A DNA stretch of 64,000 nucleotides, from positions 1 through 64,000 of the forward strand of contig CAWBYW010000005.1 in assembly GCA_963792965.1 (NCBI GenBank), read 5' to 3'. A program made the translations under genes and the position numbers. Every line of letters begins with the position of its first letter. Position 1 is the stretch's first letter. This DNA comes from an uncultured delta proteobacterium (GTDB lineage: Bacteria; Desulfobacterota; Zymogenia; Zymogenales; Zymogenaceae). Shown one piece after another: positions 29,957-41,597 of the stretch. Under the pieces are notes generated by a model. That model was not told the DNA's origin, made no database searches, and saw nothing but the letters and a program-made list of their open reading frames with translations.

Positions 29957-30787
29957 ATGAGAATGGCACAGTCGTACAAGGTCTTTGACATCGAAAAGAA
30001 GGGGCATATCGCGTGGGTCTTCATGAACCGACCCGAAAAGCTTAACGCCTGCGGGCCGGATTTCTGGAGAGAGATCATCGATGTCATGGGGGAAATGGAC
30101 GAGGATGACGATGTCCGCGTCGTAATCCTTGCCGGGCGCGGCAAGGCTTTCACCACGGGAATAGACCTCGTGGGGATGACCAGCGAGGTACCCGCCCTGA
30201 CCGAACCGAACGTACAGGGAGGCAAGCGGTTCAAGTTCGTCAAGGATATCCTGCGCCTCCAGGGCTCCATCACGAGTCTGGATCGCTGCAGAAAACCCAT
30301 TATCGCGGCAATCCACGGCTGGTGCATCGGGGCGGGGGTCGACATCATAACCGCCTGTGATATCCGGCTGGCCAGCAAGGACGCCGTCTTTTCGGTCAGG
30401 GAGGCAAAGATTGCCATCGTGGCCGACGTTGGGACGCTGCAGCGGCTTCCCCGAATCGTCGGCGAAGGACACGCCAAAGAGCTGACCTACACGGCCAAGG
30501 ACATTACCGCCCAACGCGCAAAAGAGATCAACCTTGTCAACGAGGTCTACCCCGACAAGGAGGCCCTCTACGCCGGCGCAGAGCAAATGGCCCAGCAGAT
30601 CGTGGATATGTCACCACTGGCGGTCATGGCGGCAAAGGAGGTTATTCACTACTGTCGCGACAAGTCTGTGGCCGACGGCCTGGACTATGTCGCCAACCGA
30701 AGCGCGAACATACTCCCGTCGGACGATTTCTACGAGGCGATCACCGCCTTTACCCAGAGGAGAAAACCCAACTTCACCGGAAAGTAG
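29957..30787 (+). CDS. Crotonase/enoyl-CoA hydratase family (dienoyl-CoA isomerase-like)
   Basis: NRPEKLNA, FTTGIDL, HGWCIGAGVDIITACDIR, ADVGTLQRLP. Confidence 0.92.
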   Translation: MRMAQSYKVFDIEKKGHIAWVFMNRPEKLNACGPDFWREIIDVMGEMDEDDDVRVVILAGRGKAFTTGIDLVGMTSEVPALTEPNVQGGKRFKFVKDILRLQGSITSLDRCRKPIIAAIHGWCIGAGVDIITACDIRLASKDAVFSVREAKIAIVADVGTLQRLPRIVGEGHAKELTYTAKDITAQRAKEINLVNEVYPDKEALYAGAEQMAQQIVDMSPLAVMAAKEVIHYCRDKSVADGLDYVANRSANILPSDDFYEAITAFTQRRKPNFTGK

Positions 30788-30839
30788 CGGACTTTCCCGC
30801 AACACATATAAGGTTCTACCTTTTTCTTCGGAGGAATCT

Positions 30840-31595
30840 ATGTCAAAAGAATTAACGACTGCACGGCTCTTCCTTAACGCCGTTCTTCCCCTCATGGAGG
30901 AACTCCCCAAGGGGGACGAAGCGGCCAGGAAGGCGATCAAGGGGCTTTCCGGTGTCATTCGGTTTGCCGCGCCCGGCGGCCTATCAGCTCAGGTCGAAAT
31001 CAGAGACGGAACAGTAACCGTCACCCCCGGAAAGGGAAAGAAGAGTTCGATCACCCTTTTTCTCCCCACCGTAAAGATGCTCAACAACCTCTTCTCCAAT
31101 AAAGGCTTTGCGCTCCCACTCCCGATCTGGGGAATCTGGAACATGGGGCTGGTAAAAGGGTTCACGAAGCTCGCCGAACGGCTCACTTACTATATGGATC
31201 CCGCCCCAAAAAAACCCCTCTCGGCCGACGAAAAGAAAATGGCGGCAACGCTCCTTCTCACGGTGGCGTCTCTCGGCGCCGCGATCGTCGGCCAAGCCGA
31301 GGCCGAAAAGATCGCTTCCAAGATCCCCGACGGCATCGCCAACTTCGATATTAAAGGCGGGCCGTCCATCTATATCGAAAAGCGGGGGATGACGTTTACC
31401 GGCAAGAAGGGAAAGCCGTCGGATTACAACATGTTCATGTCCTTCAGCACGCCTGAGATCGCCTACGATATGTTCACCGGTAAGCTCGACTTCATGGCGG
31501 CGATACCGATGGGGGACATCGAGCTTTCAGGATCCCTGCCGATGGCGGGCGAGCTCTCCCAGCTCATGCTCAAGGTGGGAGAGTATACCCAATAG
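30840..31595 (+). CDS. Probable tandem SCP2 (sterol carrier-like) domain protein
   Basis: GGAGG RBS at ATG 30840; VEIRDGTVTV...; C-terminal DMFTGKLDFMAAIPMGDIELSGSLPM typical of SCP2. Confidence 0.65.
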   Translation: MSKELTTARLFLNAVLPLMEELPKGDEAARKAIKGLSGVIRFAAPGGLSAQVEIRDGTVTVTPGKGKKSSITLFLPTVKMLNNLFSNKGFALPLPIWGIWNMGLVKGFTKLAERLTYYMDPAPKKPLSADEKKMAATLLLTVASLGAAIVGQAEAEKIASKIPDGIANFDIKGGPSIYIEKRGMTFTGKKGKPSDYNMFMSFSTPEIAYDMFTGKLDFMAAIPMGDIELSGSLPMAGELSQLMLKVGEYTQ

Positions 31596-31643
31596 ATCAT
31601 CACGCCTCGGACATCCCGAGGTTGAGAATAGACGGAGGATAGT

Positions 31644-32879
31644 ATGACGGAAGAGAGATATAAAAAATCCATTCAGCTCTTCAAACGGGCCTCGAAAGTG
31701 ATCCCCCAGGGGATCTACGGACACCTTACCCCGGTGCTCGCAGGGCCGATGGTCTCCCCCTATTACGTCGAGAAGGCCAAGGGGTGCCGCTACTGGGACG
31801 TGGACGGCAACGAATACATCGACTACATATGCGCCTACGGACCGATGGTACTTGGGCATAACCATCCCGAGGTGGATGAGGCGGCCGATAAACAGCGCAA
31901 GCTCGCCAACACCTGTAACCACCCCGGGGAGATCATGGTAGAGCTCGCGGAGCATATCACGAAGCTCATTCCCATGGCCGAATGGGTCGTCTTCGGCAAG
32001 AACGGCGCCGATATGACCAACCACGCCCTTCTGATCGCGCGGGAGCGCACGAAGAAGAGGAAAATTATCATGGCCAAGGGGGCTTATCACGGCACCGCCC
32101 CTTGGACCGGGACCGGGCACGGCGGAATCCTGCCGGAGGATCGCGCCCACATCATCGAGATCAAATGGGGCGACCTCGAGGAGTTCAACCGGATCGCCCA
32201 CGAGTATCGCGGCGATGTCGCGGGGGCGATCTTCACGCCGTACCACCACCCCACGTGGGCGGTACAGGAAATGCCGCCGAAGGGGTTCTGGGCCGGAGTG
32301 CGCAAGACCTGCACCGAGGAGGGGATCATCCTCATCCTCGACGATATCCGGGCGGGATTCCGTCTTGACATCGAGGGTTCCCACAAGTACTTCGGGTTTA
32401 CCCCCGACATCTCGTGCTATTGCAAGGCGATCGCCAACGGCTATCCCCTCTCGGCGATGGTGGGAAGGGAAGATCTTCGCATCAGCGCGACTAATGTCTT
32501 CTATACCGGGAGCTACTGGTTCTCTGCGGCCCCGATGGCGGCCTCGCTTGCCACCCTCAAGATACTCAAACGCGACAACGCGGTCGAGAAGATGAGGAAG
32601 ATGGGTGAGATGCTCAAGACGGGGCTTGAGGAAATGGCCCAGGCCCACGATCTGGAGATCGTTGTCTCCGGTCCCCCGGCGATCCCCTTCATGACCTTCG
32701 TGGGGGGCGAGGACTTTCGCAAAAACCAGCTCTTCAGCGCGGAGGCGATGAAGCGGGGCGTCTTCTTCCATCCCCACCACAACTGGTTTATGTCGGCGGC
32801 ACATGAAAAGAAGGATATCGAGAAATCGGTCAACGTGGCCGACGAGGCGTTCAAAGAGGTAAAGAGGGTCCTCGGTTAA
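31644..32879 (+). CDS. Class III PLP aminotransferase (glutamate-1-semialdehyde aminomutase-like)
   Basis: WDVDGNEYIDY, GPMVLGH, KNGAD, AYHG, LDDIRAGFR, KAIANGYP. Confidence 0.9.
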   Translation: MTEERYKKSIQLFKRASKVIPQGIYGHLTPVLAGPMVSPYYVEKAKGCRYWDVDGNEYIDYICAYGPMVLGHNHPEVDEAADKQRKLANTCNHPGEIMVELAEHITKLIPMAEWVVFGKNGADMTNHALLIARERTKKRKIIMAKGAYHGTAPWTGTGHGGILPEDRAHIIEIKWGDLEEFNRIAHEYRGDVAGAIFTPYHHPTWAVQEMPPKGFWAGVRKTCTEEGIILILDDIRAGFRLDIEGSHKYFGFTPDISCYCKAIANGYPLSAMVGREDLRISATNVFYTGSYWFSAAPMAASLATLKILKRDNAVEKMRKMGEMLKTGLEEMAQAHDLEIVVSGPPAIPFMTFVGGEDFRKNQLFSAEAMKRGVFFHPHHNWFMSAAHEKKDIEKSVNVADEAFKEVKRVLG

Positions 32880-32920
32880 CTCCGACGAATGTTCGAGGAT
32901 AAGAAAAAGAGAGGATACAT

Positions 32921-32951
32921 GGGGCAGGCCCGAAGGGCCTGCCCTTTTTTT
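32921..32951 (+). terminator. Intrinsic terminator
   Basis: GGGCAGGCCC-GAA-GGGCCTGCCC followed by T7. Confidence 0.85.
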
Positions 32952-33108
32952 ACCAAGACGACCTCCCCCGGCGCGCTCTCTTGAATTGTTATTTTTACTT
33001 CTCAAATAAGAGCGTTTTTGTTATCATGCTCACAGTTTCCCCCTACCCTTTGTCTATAATGAGCGGACTGAAATCATAGCCAATACTATTAAAATATTGA
33101 GGTCTACT

Positions 33109-34008
33109 ATGTCCGAAAAAGAGAAGTCGATCATCTGGGAACAGAAGAGCGGCGCCATCCACCTGGTCTCGGAAAGCGGCACAGAGCGCATTATCCTGAC
33201 CAGAAAGGGATTTATGGAAGCGTTTTTCGATGAGATCGAGCTCGTGGAGGGAAAGGACGTTCTCACCATGACCTTCCGCGGCCTGCTGACAAAGCTCGGT
33301 GCGCCCAAGGATACGGCGGACCATCCCACCCTCGATGAGGTGACCCGATTCCACGACGGCCTCATTTCGCCCTATCGACTGACCGAAGGCAATATGCCTT
33401 CCATTTTTACGTCCTATCCAAGGAAAAGGGAGCTTTCGGCCTTCGGCAACACGATGTTTACTTTTCAGACCGTGCGACTCCTTCAAAAATTCAAGGAAGC
33501 GATGGCAGAGATACTGACCGAACGCGGCGCCGCCGCAATACTTCACCGTGTCTCGAAGCGCGGCGGTTTCGCGGTGGGAAACAAGGCCATCGCCGACTAT
33601 TCCTGGAAGGAGTTGGACGGCGCCATGGATTCGATGGACGGCGTCCTCTCATACGTCTTCCCGCTCTACGGATGGGGCAGGACCCGCACCATCACAAAGA
33701 AGGCGAAAGACGGCAGGCGCATCTTTTTTCTCAAGTGCTGGAACACCTATGAGATGGACGGCGTCACGTCCGCAAGGCCCTCGTGTATCGTCCATCAGAG
33801 CTACCTCGAGGGGATCGGCGAGAGCATTTCCCAGATGTATCTACAGAGACCGGTCGAATCCCGCGAGGTGAAGTGCGGCGCACAGGGAGACGCCTACTGC
33901 GCCTTTTTCATCGTCGAGAAACAGGCGGACGAAAAGGCGATCGATTGGGCGAAACTTGAGGGCGAGTGGAAGGAGATGGACGCCGTGCAGCTGACGCCCG
34001 ATACGTAG
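33109..34008 (+). CDS. Stand-alone V4R (4-vinyl reductase) domain protein
   Basis: YGWGR; PSCIVHQSYLEG; EVKCGAQGDAYCAF V4R signature. Confidence 0.8.
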   Translation: MSEKEKSIIWEQKSGAIHLVSESGTERIILTRKGFMEAFFDEIELVEGKDVLTMTFRGLLTKLGAPKDTADHPTLDEVTRFHDGLISPYRLTEGNMPSIFTSYPRKRELSAFGNTMFTFQTVRLLQKFKEAMAEILTERGAAAILHRVSKRGGFAVGNKAIADYSWKELDGAMDSMDGVLSYVFPLYGWGRTRTITKKAKDGRRIFFLKCWNTYEMDGVTSARPSCIVHQSYLEGIGESISQMYLQRPVESREVKCGAQGDAYCAFFIVEKQADEKAIDWAKLEGEWKEMDAVQLTPDT

Positions 34009-34050
34009 CATCTGAAGATCCGAAGAAAGGACGCATTACTCCATCTATAC

Positions 34051-34080
34051 AAAAAAGGGGGGCCCGAAAGCCCCCCTTTT
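34051..34080. terminator. Bidirectional terminator ending the V4R gene and the pilin operon
   Basis: AAAAAAGGGGGGC-CCGAAA-GCCCCCCTTTT. Confidence 0.8.
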
Positions 34081-34097
34081 CGTTCTCAGACGAGCCC

Positions 34098-37000
34098 TTA
34101 CGGCAGGGTGCAGATATTGAAGTTGTCGAAGAAGGCGTTGTTGCCGACTGAGCCTGAACCCCGGCGCGCCGGTCTTCTGGCTGGTGTCGATCACCTCTCC
34201 CGTCTTGAGCGTGGTGCCGCCGGCCTTGACCGTATAGTCGATCGTCGGCCCGTTTACTTGCACCCAGAGGTGATAGATCACGCTCGTGCTGTAGTTGTGC
34301 TTGGGTCCACATACGTATCGAGTGTCACATCGCTTCCGCTTGCCGGGTGATACATCAGATCGATCTTGACGCTGCTGTTGAGGTGTTCTTGCCGACGTTC
34401 AGATAATAGTAGGCGCCGCACGTGGCGTTGGAGTTCCTGAACGTCAGCCCGGCGACCGTCGCCGTATTGCTCGGGTAGACATCTGTCTCAGCGGTATAGT
34501 CGTCGTAAAGGTCCAGCGAGCTGTTCTGCCAGATCCCTCGTAACGCGGCGGCCGTGGGGGAGGTGGTGGATGCCGCGATAAGCTTGATGCTGCCGCTGAC
34601 GGTCCCATTGTATGTCAGCGCCTTGCCGCTGCCGCCGGTTTTTGCCGACTTCCATGTCCCGACGCACAGGACAAGAAGCCGGATGGCGGTTGCGGGTTGG
34701 ACGTGGAGTACGACTCCAAATTCTCGGGCTACGCACGTATCCGGCGGCCGGGTGGTCAGGAAGGTCGCCACGCAGCCAAGGGCGTCGACCGCATCGAACT
34801 CGTCCGGGAATACCGCAAAGAAGCTCCTGGTGAAGATCGCGGCGGCGCCGGTCGACGGGTTCGTGTCAAACGTGCCCGAGGTACCGGGTGTTACCGTCCA
34901 GCTCACCGGCCCTACTGTGTTGGAATTGTATATGCTGTCCTTCATCGTCAGGGTCACCGGGGTGCCGGTGGGGAAGGTCGTGCTGGTGCTCGTGATCTTC
35001 ATCGGGGCGCACCCGCAGACCTGGATATTATCGAACTTGACGAGCACGTCCTTGACGCCGAAGCCGATCGTCCCGGTCGTATAGTTCCTGTCGATGGCGG
35101 ACGCCCCGCCGACGGCTGACGGCCCGCTCGCACCGTCGAAATCAAGGAAGGTGTCGTCGAAATAGACGTAGAAATCGTTGCCCTGCAGCATGATCTCCGC
35201 CTTGTGATAGCCGGGGCTGTCATACTGTATGTTGAAATCCGGCGCCGTAATATCGCCGCCTATCTGGACGACGTCCATCGTCGGGGGGGTTGTCGTTATG
35301 TCGACCCCGTCCACACGCAGGAGCCTCGCAACCGGGTTTCCGCTCGTATCCTTGGTCCATACCGCGATATAGCCCCGGTCGATCATATCCATCGTCGGAG
35401 AGCCGTACAGGGTCGTCAGCGTCTTGCTGGAGGTTGCCCCCCTGAAGAAGAAACAGACCGCCTTATTGACGCCGGGCAGATAGGAGTCGGGAACCGTTAT
35501 GGTGGGGCCGCTCCCATATCCGCCGTCGTCGGGGTTGCCCAGATACTTGAAGCGATAGCTGGCCACGAGATCCCCCCAGTTCTTTTCCGAGACCGGCCGC
35601 CCCGACGGCCGACTCATCCAGATCGACCCACATGAAGCTCTCGCTGTTTCTCCACTTCGCATCGGGCGTCGAGGACGGCGGGGTGGAGACGGCGCTTCCG
35701 TTGTAGAAGAACTTCGTGAAGACCGAGCCGGACAGATAGAGCTCGTCGCAGAACTGGAGCATAAGCTTCTTGACCGTGCTGCCGCTCGGGTTGAGCGTGG
35801 GGGTCGTTGTCCTTCGTATCATATTTACCGTCGAGAAGGCCCGCCAGCTGGCCGGCGATGCGACGGGGAAGTTCGTCATATCCGAGGTGAGGCCGCTGTA
35901 GCTCGTGTTGGCGAATACCTCGAGGAACTTGATCCCCCCTTCGCAAAGATCGACGATGCCGGGGATGTACGGCCCGGGATCGGCATAGGCAAGGAAGATG
36001 TTCCCGGCGCCGTCCTGGTAGCGGACATTGACGAGACCCGCGTTTGGCAAGTCAAGGATCCCGTCGTTGGGCGTCGCGGTCCACCCGATGGGGAGCGCCC
36101 TTGTCCGGATGCTGCCCCTGAAGACACCGGTGCTGTTGCCCGTTTCCGTGAGGGTGATGGTCTCAGAATCGGTGGCGGAGCCGAGGCCCTCATAGACGGT
36201 CGCCGTTGTGGTGTCGACCGATCCGGTGCTGATGTTCCTGTTGCAGTCCCTCACCTCGACGTACACGTAATCGCCGTTCCTTATCCCGTTGGCGGGGCTC
36301 AGGAGGTCGGTGTAGCAGCTGTCCCGGTAGGCGAAGACGATATTCGGCGGGCCCACCGGCAGTGTAAAGTTGGTCGTGGCGGTGTAGACCGGAGCCGGAG
36401 AGACCCCGTAGGTCGAATATGCGCTGATGATCACGTTGGCAAGCGACGTGCCCAAGAGCTTTATGCCCGCGACGGCCTTGCCGGTCGAGTCGGTGTTGAC
36501 GTTAACGGTGGTAAGTGTCGGGTTCCCGCTCGAGTCCAGGAACCTCGCCCCCCCGCTCACGATGGTAAACTTCACCGGCTCAAGGGCGATGTCGCTGCAG
36601 AGGGTGCTCGGCGGAAGGTTGAGGATGACGTTGGCCTGGATGTCAAGATTGTCGTAGCTGCACCCGTTCTGGTAGAAGCCGTCCGTCAGCGTCCCGAACC
36701 CGATCGTAGGCGACGTGTGGGGCTCCCGGGCCCGCACGGAGATGCTGAGCCCCGTCGGGCACTGGTTCAGGTCCAGAGGATCCAGCGCCACGATTTTCGC
36801 GTTCGACGGGGGGCTGCCGGTGCGGCTGTAGTTCTGAAACTCGATCCTCTCGTGCTGTACGCCGGTTGCGCAGCCCGTGTTCAGGAAGATAATGCGATAT
36901 TTCTGATCTTCGGTATCCCACACCATCACGGCGTTGTATTTTCCAAGGTCGGTGCTATCGGGTTTGGTGAGCGTCCCCAGGACCAGGCTCGAAGCCAGCG

Positions 37001-39174
37001 GAGGCGACGTCTTCCATTCCGACCCATCGAGCGCCAGAATCGACGACCATATGGACCCGGTGTTGTAGGTGTTCATGTGGCCGCAGTCATAGCCGCTCGC
37101 GCGAACGGTAAGGTAGTTGTTCCGACAGCCCGCGCCCGTATAGCTCGACGGCGTAACAGTCAGGTCGGATATCCCGCCGGGCTGGATCACAAGGTAGCAG
37201 CTTGCATTGGGATCCGCGCCAAAGCCCCACCCCTCCGGCACCGGGTCGGTAAGTTTCTGCCTATCAAACATCGTGGCGGCGGCCTTGATCCCGAGGCTCT
37301 GGAGATAGGAGGTCTTCGGGGACACGACCGTCGGCGGCTCGTAATAGAAGACGTACTTGCCGTTGTCGAGGCTCGCACCTGAAAAGTCGACCGCGACACT
37401 GGTTATATCGGCCGCCGTCCTCCCCGCTTTCTTCGAATAAAATTTGCCGGGGTCGACAGGGCTGGAACCGGAAATGACGACGCTGGGATGCGCCGGGTCA
37501 TACGGCGTCAGCTCGATCTTGGCCCCCTCGACGGCAAATCCATTGCAGTCCTCCGCGTAGAGGACAAATTCCTTGACGTCGCCGTCGGCCGTGGAGCATG
37601 CATTTGTCGAGGTGGGTGGGTTTATAAAGGTCAGGCTCGACGGCGCGCCGACCGTAAAGGGGACGACGAGCGAAGAATAGACCGGAAAAGAATTGTTTAC
37701 GCCGGCGACGTTGACGAATGATGGTGGAGTCGGCGGAAACCGTTGCGGTTACCGGCCTCTTCGTACCATCCGCCCCCGGGATAGCCTTCAGCTTGATGCC
37801 GGTAACGGAGCCGTTGGCGTCCGTCATCGGTTTCCCGCTCCCGTCGGTGTTCGAGACCCCAGAATAGTCCAGGGTCGACACAAGGGCGGTCGAGTAGAAA
37901 TTCACCGTCGCATTGGGGATTGGATGCCCCTCACGATCCTTCAGGGTAGCGGTGAGCGTCGCGAAGGTATCCGGGCACCTGACCATGGTGGGACTGACCG
38001 TGAGGATCAGCTGGCCGTACGGGTTGAGGGTCAGGTTTTTCGGGGTGACGCTCGACGTCAACAGGAGACGACGGTAGTTGTCCTGGTAAGGGACGGCGCC
38101 CCCCGCGACGGTCGGATACTGCTTATTGGTGCAGTACTTGATGAAGCAATCCCAGTTTGAAAGGCCGTTGCAGTTGGTCAGGTAGGGCTCTGCGGCGCGG
38201 AACTTCGGGTCGCCGCACGACCACCCGACCGGCTTGCCGTCCGAGCCGAAGGTTGCCACGCTGCCCACCGGATAGGTCCCGGTGTCGGTCCACTTGGCGT
38301 CCCTTCGGGCGGTCCTGAGGAGCATCTCGAAATCGACCCTCCTTATTTTTGCCATCTCCTCCCTCGTCAGAATGTACGGGGGGGTCGGGGCGATCCGGTT
38401 TCCGGCCGAGTCATACGATACCGGAAGGGGGAGGTCCTCCTCGTCATAGTAGCGGATAGTGAAGTTATCGACGTTGTCGGCCACCAGATCGGGCTGAGGA
38501 TTCACGATGTAGGGATTGCCCGCGCTGTACGGCTGGCTCTCGTTGAGGAGCCGATAGCTGTAGCGGTAGATGTCGTAGGGGGGGCCCGTCAGGTAGAGCT
38601 TTATGGCGTCCTTCTGGTCGAGGCTGTTGTCGTCGCGCGCAACATTCATGTTATAGCCGGAGGTGAATTTCTCCGCGTCCGACACACTGCCGTCGCCGTC
38701 CATGTCGAAGAAGACGTCAAATGCAAAACTCCGCTTGCCGCCGGTGAAGTCGTCCATATCGGGGTCGCGGACGAGCTCGGTCGGCTGCTCGGTCGCGGTA
38801 ACGTCCCGAACGGGCTTGTTGAGGGATATGGTGAGGACCTCGTTGGGCTCGATGACCCCGTTATCGTTCTCATCCATGACGGTGGTGAAGTAGTGGTCGG
38901 ACGCCGTCTCGAACTTCATCCCCTGCTTGATGTTGAAGCCCGAGTTCTGGATCGTCCGCGTGAGGTATTCGATGGCGAAGTCCCCGCGGTTTTCCACCTC
39001 CAGCATGGCGTCCTCGGTCACGTATCTCTTGCGCTGCGCGATAAAGACCTCAAAAATAGCGCCGAGGATGATAAAGGAGATGAGGACGGCGATCAGGAGC
39101 TCCACGAGGGTAAACCCCCTGCGTCCCCGGATCCTCTCTATCACTGCTTTGATCCTGTTCATCATATCCCTCAC
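34098..39174 (-). CDS. Giant PilW-like type IV minor pilin/adhesin, ~1,690 aa, reconstructed across several frameshifts
   Basis: Class III signal RGRRG|FTLVELLIA; PilW-like VADNVDNFTIRY and IRRVDFEMLLRT; Big_1-like TLTATLKDREGHPIPNATVNF; ETGNSTGVFRGSI; two DUF1080/LamG-like ends (GTIGFGVKDVLVKFDNIQV; GAPGFRL/NNAFFDNFNI); TAA at 34098-34100 before the terminator. Confidence 0.72.
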
Positions 39175-41540
39175 TGTTTATTCGGATCCCAGATAAATTC
39201 CTGATCGTAGTCCGTGCCCTCAAGCCAGCCGACCTTTTCGACGCTGTAGGCCGAGGGGCAGTAGGGCGGCCAGTACTGCGGGTCCGAGTATCCCGGGTCC
39301 CACCCGATAATTCCTTGTAGGAGGTGTATAGACACCGTCCGCCTGGCCTGGCCTCCCCCGTAACCGTTGCTGCTGAACAGCCCGATGGCCTGCCGCGTGA
39401 ACCAGAGGTTGACGAGCGATCCGTCTATCGTGCAGGTGCCTCGCCGCCCGTCCAGTCCTCCTGGAACCCGAGGAAATTGTGGATCCCCTCGGTCTCTTCG
39501 TTATACGGGCCGCCGTTTACCGCGAAGGTGGCCAGGTCGTCCCGTCCGGAGAAGAAGGCCGCGCAATATCTTGGTAGCTCGCGGCCACTCGTCATGTTAA
39601 TGGTATTGTTGACGTTCGGGTTTGGCCTCCCGCCGGTTTTCTCCGCTTCAATGCTGTAGAATCCCAGCGCTTGGAAAGGAGCGTCACGATGTCGCCGATG
39701 ACGGCGCACCCCATCGTCGGGTAGGTGTCGCCTACGTTGAAGTCCCCCTCGACGTAGACCGGGTTGTCGGACACGATGGTGGTCGGGCAGACGAGCCCCT
39801 TCGTATTCCAGATCTTTATCGCCTGGAGGATCTCGGTGCCCTGGTTGATCATCCCGGCACCGCATCCGGTAGTACCGGCGGGGCAGGTCATCGGGAGGTT
39901 CGGGCGCGCATAATACGGGTAGGGGGGGCCCCCGTCGACCGTATACCCCGCCCACCCCGGCGCCTCGGCCACGGTGGGCGTCCTGCTGACATAGATGACG
40001 AGCTTCGTCGGGTTCCCGGTCGTCGCATCGACGCGGAAGGCGTCCATGTTCTGGTTGTCCGCCCTGTTATCGTACTGAAAGTCGAGGTAATCCTCGTAAA
40101 ACCATTTCTCCAGCGCCTCGACGTTGACGACCGTCAGGGCGACCCCCTTCATGTCCTGCCGCTGGTCGTTGCGCTCGAGGTATACGGGATAGGCGGCGGT
40201 AGTGTCGTTGGCGGGGAACTTGAAACCCGCCCCCCCGTGGGGATTTTTCACGGTCTCCGGCGACATGACGATGGCACCCGTTGGCGGTCGAAAAGGTACT
40301 GCCGGCGTTGAAGACCTGGTCGGTCACGTCCTCGATCTTCACCCCGTTGGGAAAGGCCGTGGAGTCCCAGGCAAAATCCTTCGTCGCGGCGTAGATGTGT
40401 ATCGTCCCCGTGACGTCGCCCGCGATGTTGCGGGGCGGCCAGGTGCCCCCCGCCCCTCCCTCGACCACGATGGCCAGCCCGAAATATTCGCTCCGGTCGG
40501 GCGTGCGGGCCTTTTTCTCGTAGAACCCCTCTCGGAAAAGCGAGTTGAACGAGAGCGCCGGTGACTTGGGGACGCCCACCATCACGTAGGAGCAGCCGCT
40601 CGCATCGGTGAAGCGGGGCTGCTCGACCCCGGCCGTTGCGGAGGTGATGTCGTTACTGATCTCCACATAGTCGCAGTTGGCCCCACCTGTCGGGCGCATG
40701 CACTTGTGAGTCCCCGAGGTGTCATCCGTATTGAGATTGTAAACCTTCACCCCTATGTGCCCGTTCCTTGCAGGCGAGGGGCTCGGGCCGAGCATCCTGT
40801 CCTGGTAGATCACGCCGGACGCGGTGACGAAATGCTGAACCTTCAGCTCGGGGGGGCTGCCGGTGATCGTGAAATTCTTTATCCAGATGGTGCTCCCATC
40901 GGGGGAAAACCAGATGTTGCCGTTGGTGTGAATCCTCCCCCAGGAGTTCATCTCCGGGCCCGGATGCCAGGGGAGATCCTTATCGAAAAAGATGAAGTAT
41001 TGCACGAGGGGCGTCTCCAGGACCCGTATCTGCCGCTTCAGGTATTCCGTGCCGCCCCTCGGAGCCGTTGGGTGTTGCGAGCACCTCGATCACGTAGGGG
41101 TACGCGAAGTGGATCATCTCCGAGCAGGAAACGTAGGTCCGGTAGAGAAACTGGTTCTTCTGGGGGTCGGGGTTTTCGGGGATAACCCGGTATTTCACGT
41201 TGACGCCGTTGAAGTCGTCGAAGAGCGGCTGGAATGAGTACCCGTATTTCGTATCGTTTGACTCCACGTAGGTCGTCCGCGCCGTCCCGGAGAAGGGCTC
41301 AAGCTGGGTCGTGATCTCCTCGTGGGTGATCTTCATGGCGACTTCCAGCCCCGCCTCGGCGGCATTGAGGGTGTCACGGTTGACGCGGTAGTTCCTGACG
41401 ATCGAGGTCTCCAGCATGACGTTGGTGACATATCCCACGGCGATCACGGTAAGTGTCAGCATGATGATCATCGCCAGCATCATGATATAGCCGTTGTCAC
41501 CCTTTAAAACGAACCTGAAGCTCTTTTTGTCTCTCAGCAC
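39171..41540 (-). CDS. Large PilX-like minor pilin, ~790 aa, reconstructed across frameshifts
   Basis: KGDNG|YIMMLAMIIML lacking Glu5 (PilX hallmark); NAAEAGLE PilX_N motif; GRIHTNGNI; SDNPVYVEGDFN; ends ...WDPNKQ* overlapping the pilW start. Confidence 0.75.
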
Positions 41541-41597
41541 TTCTGGCCTCCGCTTCTTGATTCTCTTGCTCTTTCCGTTAGTGTCCCCCGCATACGC

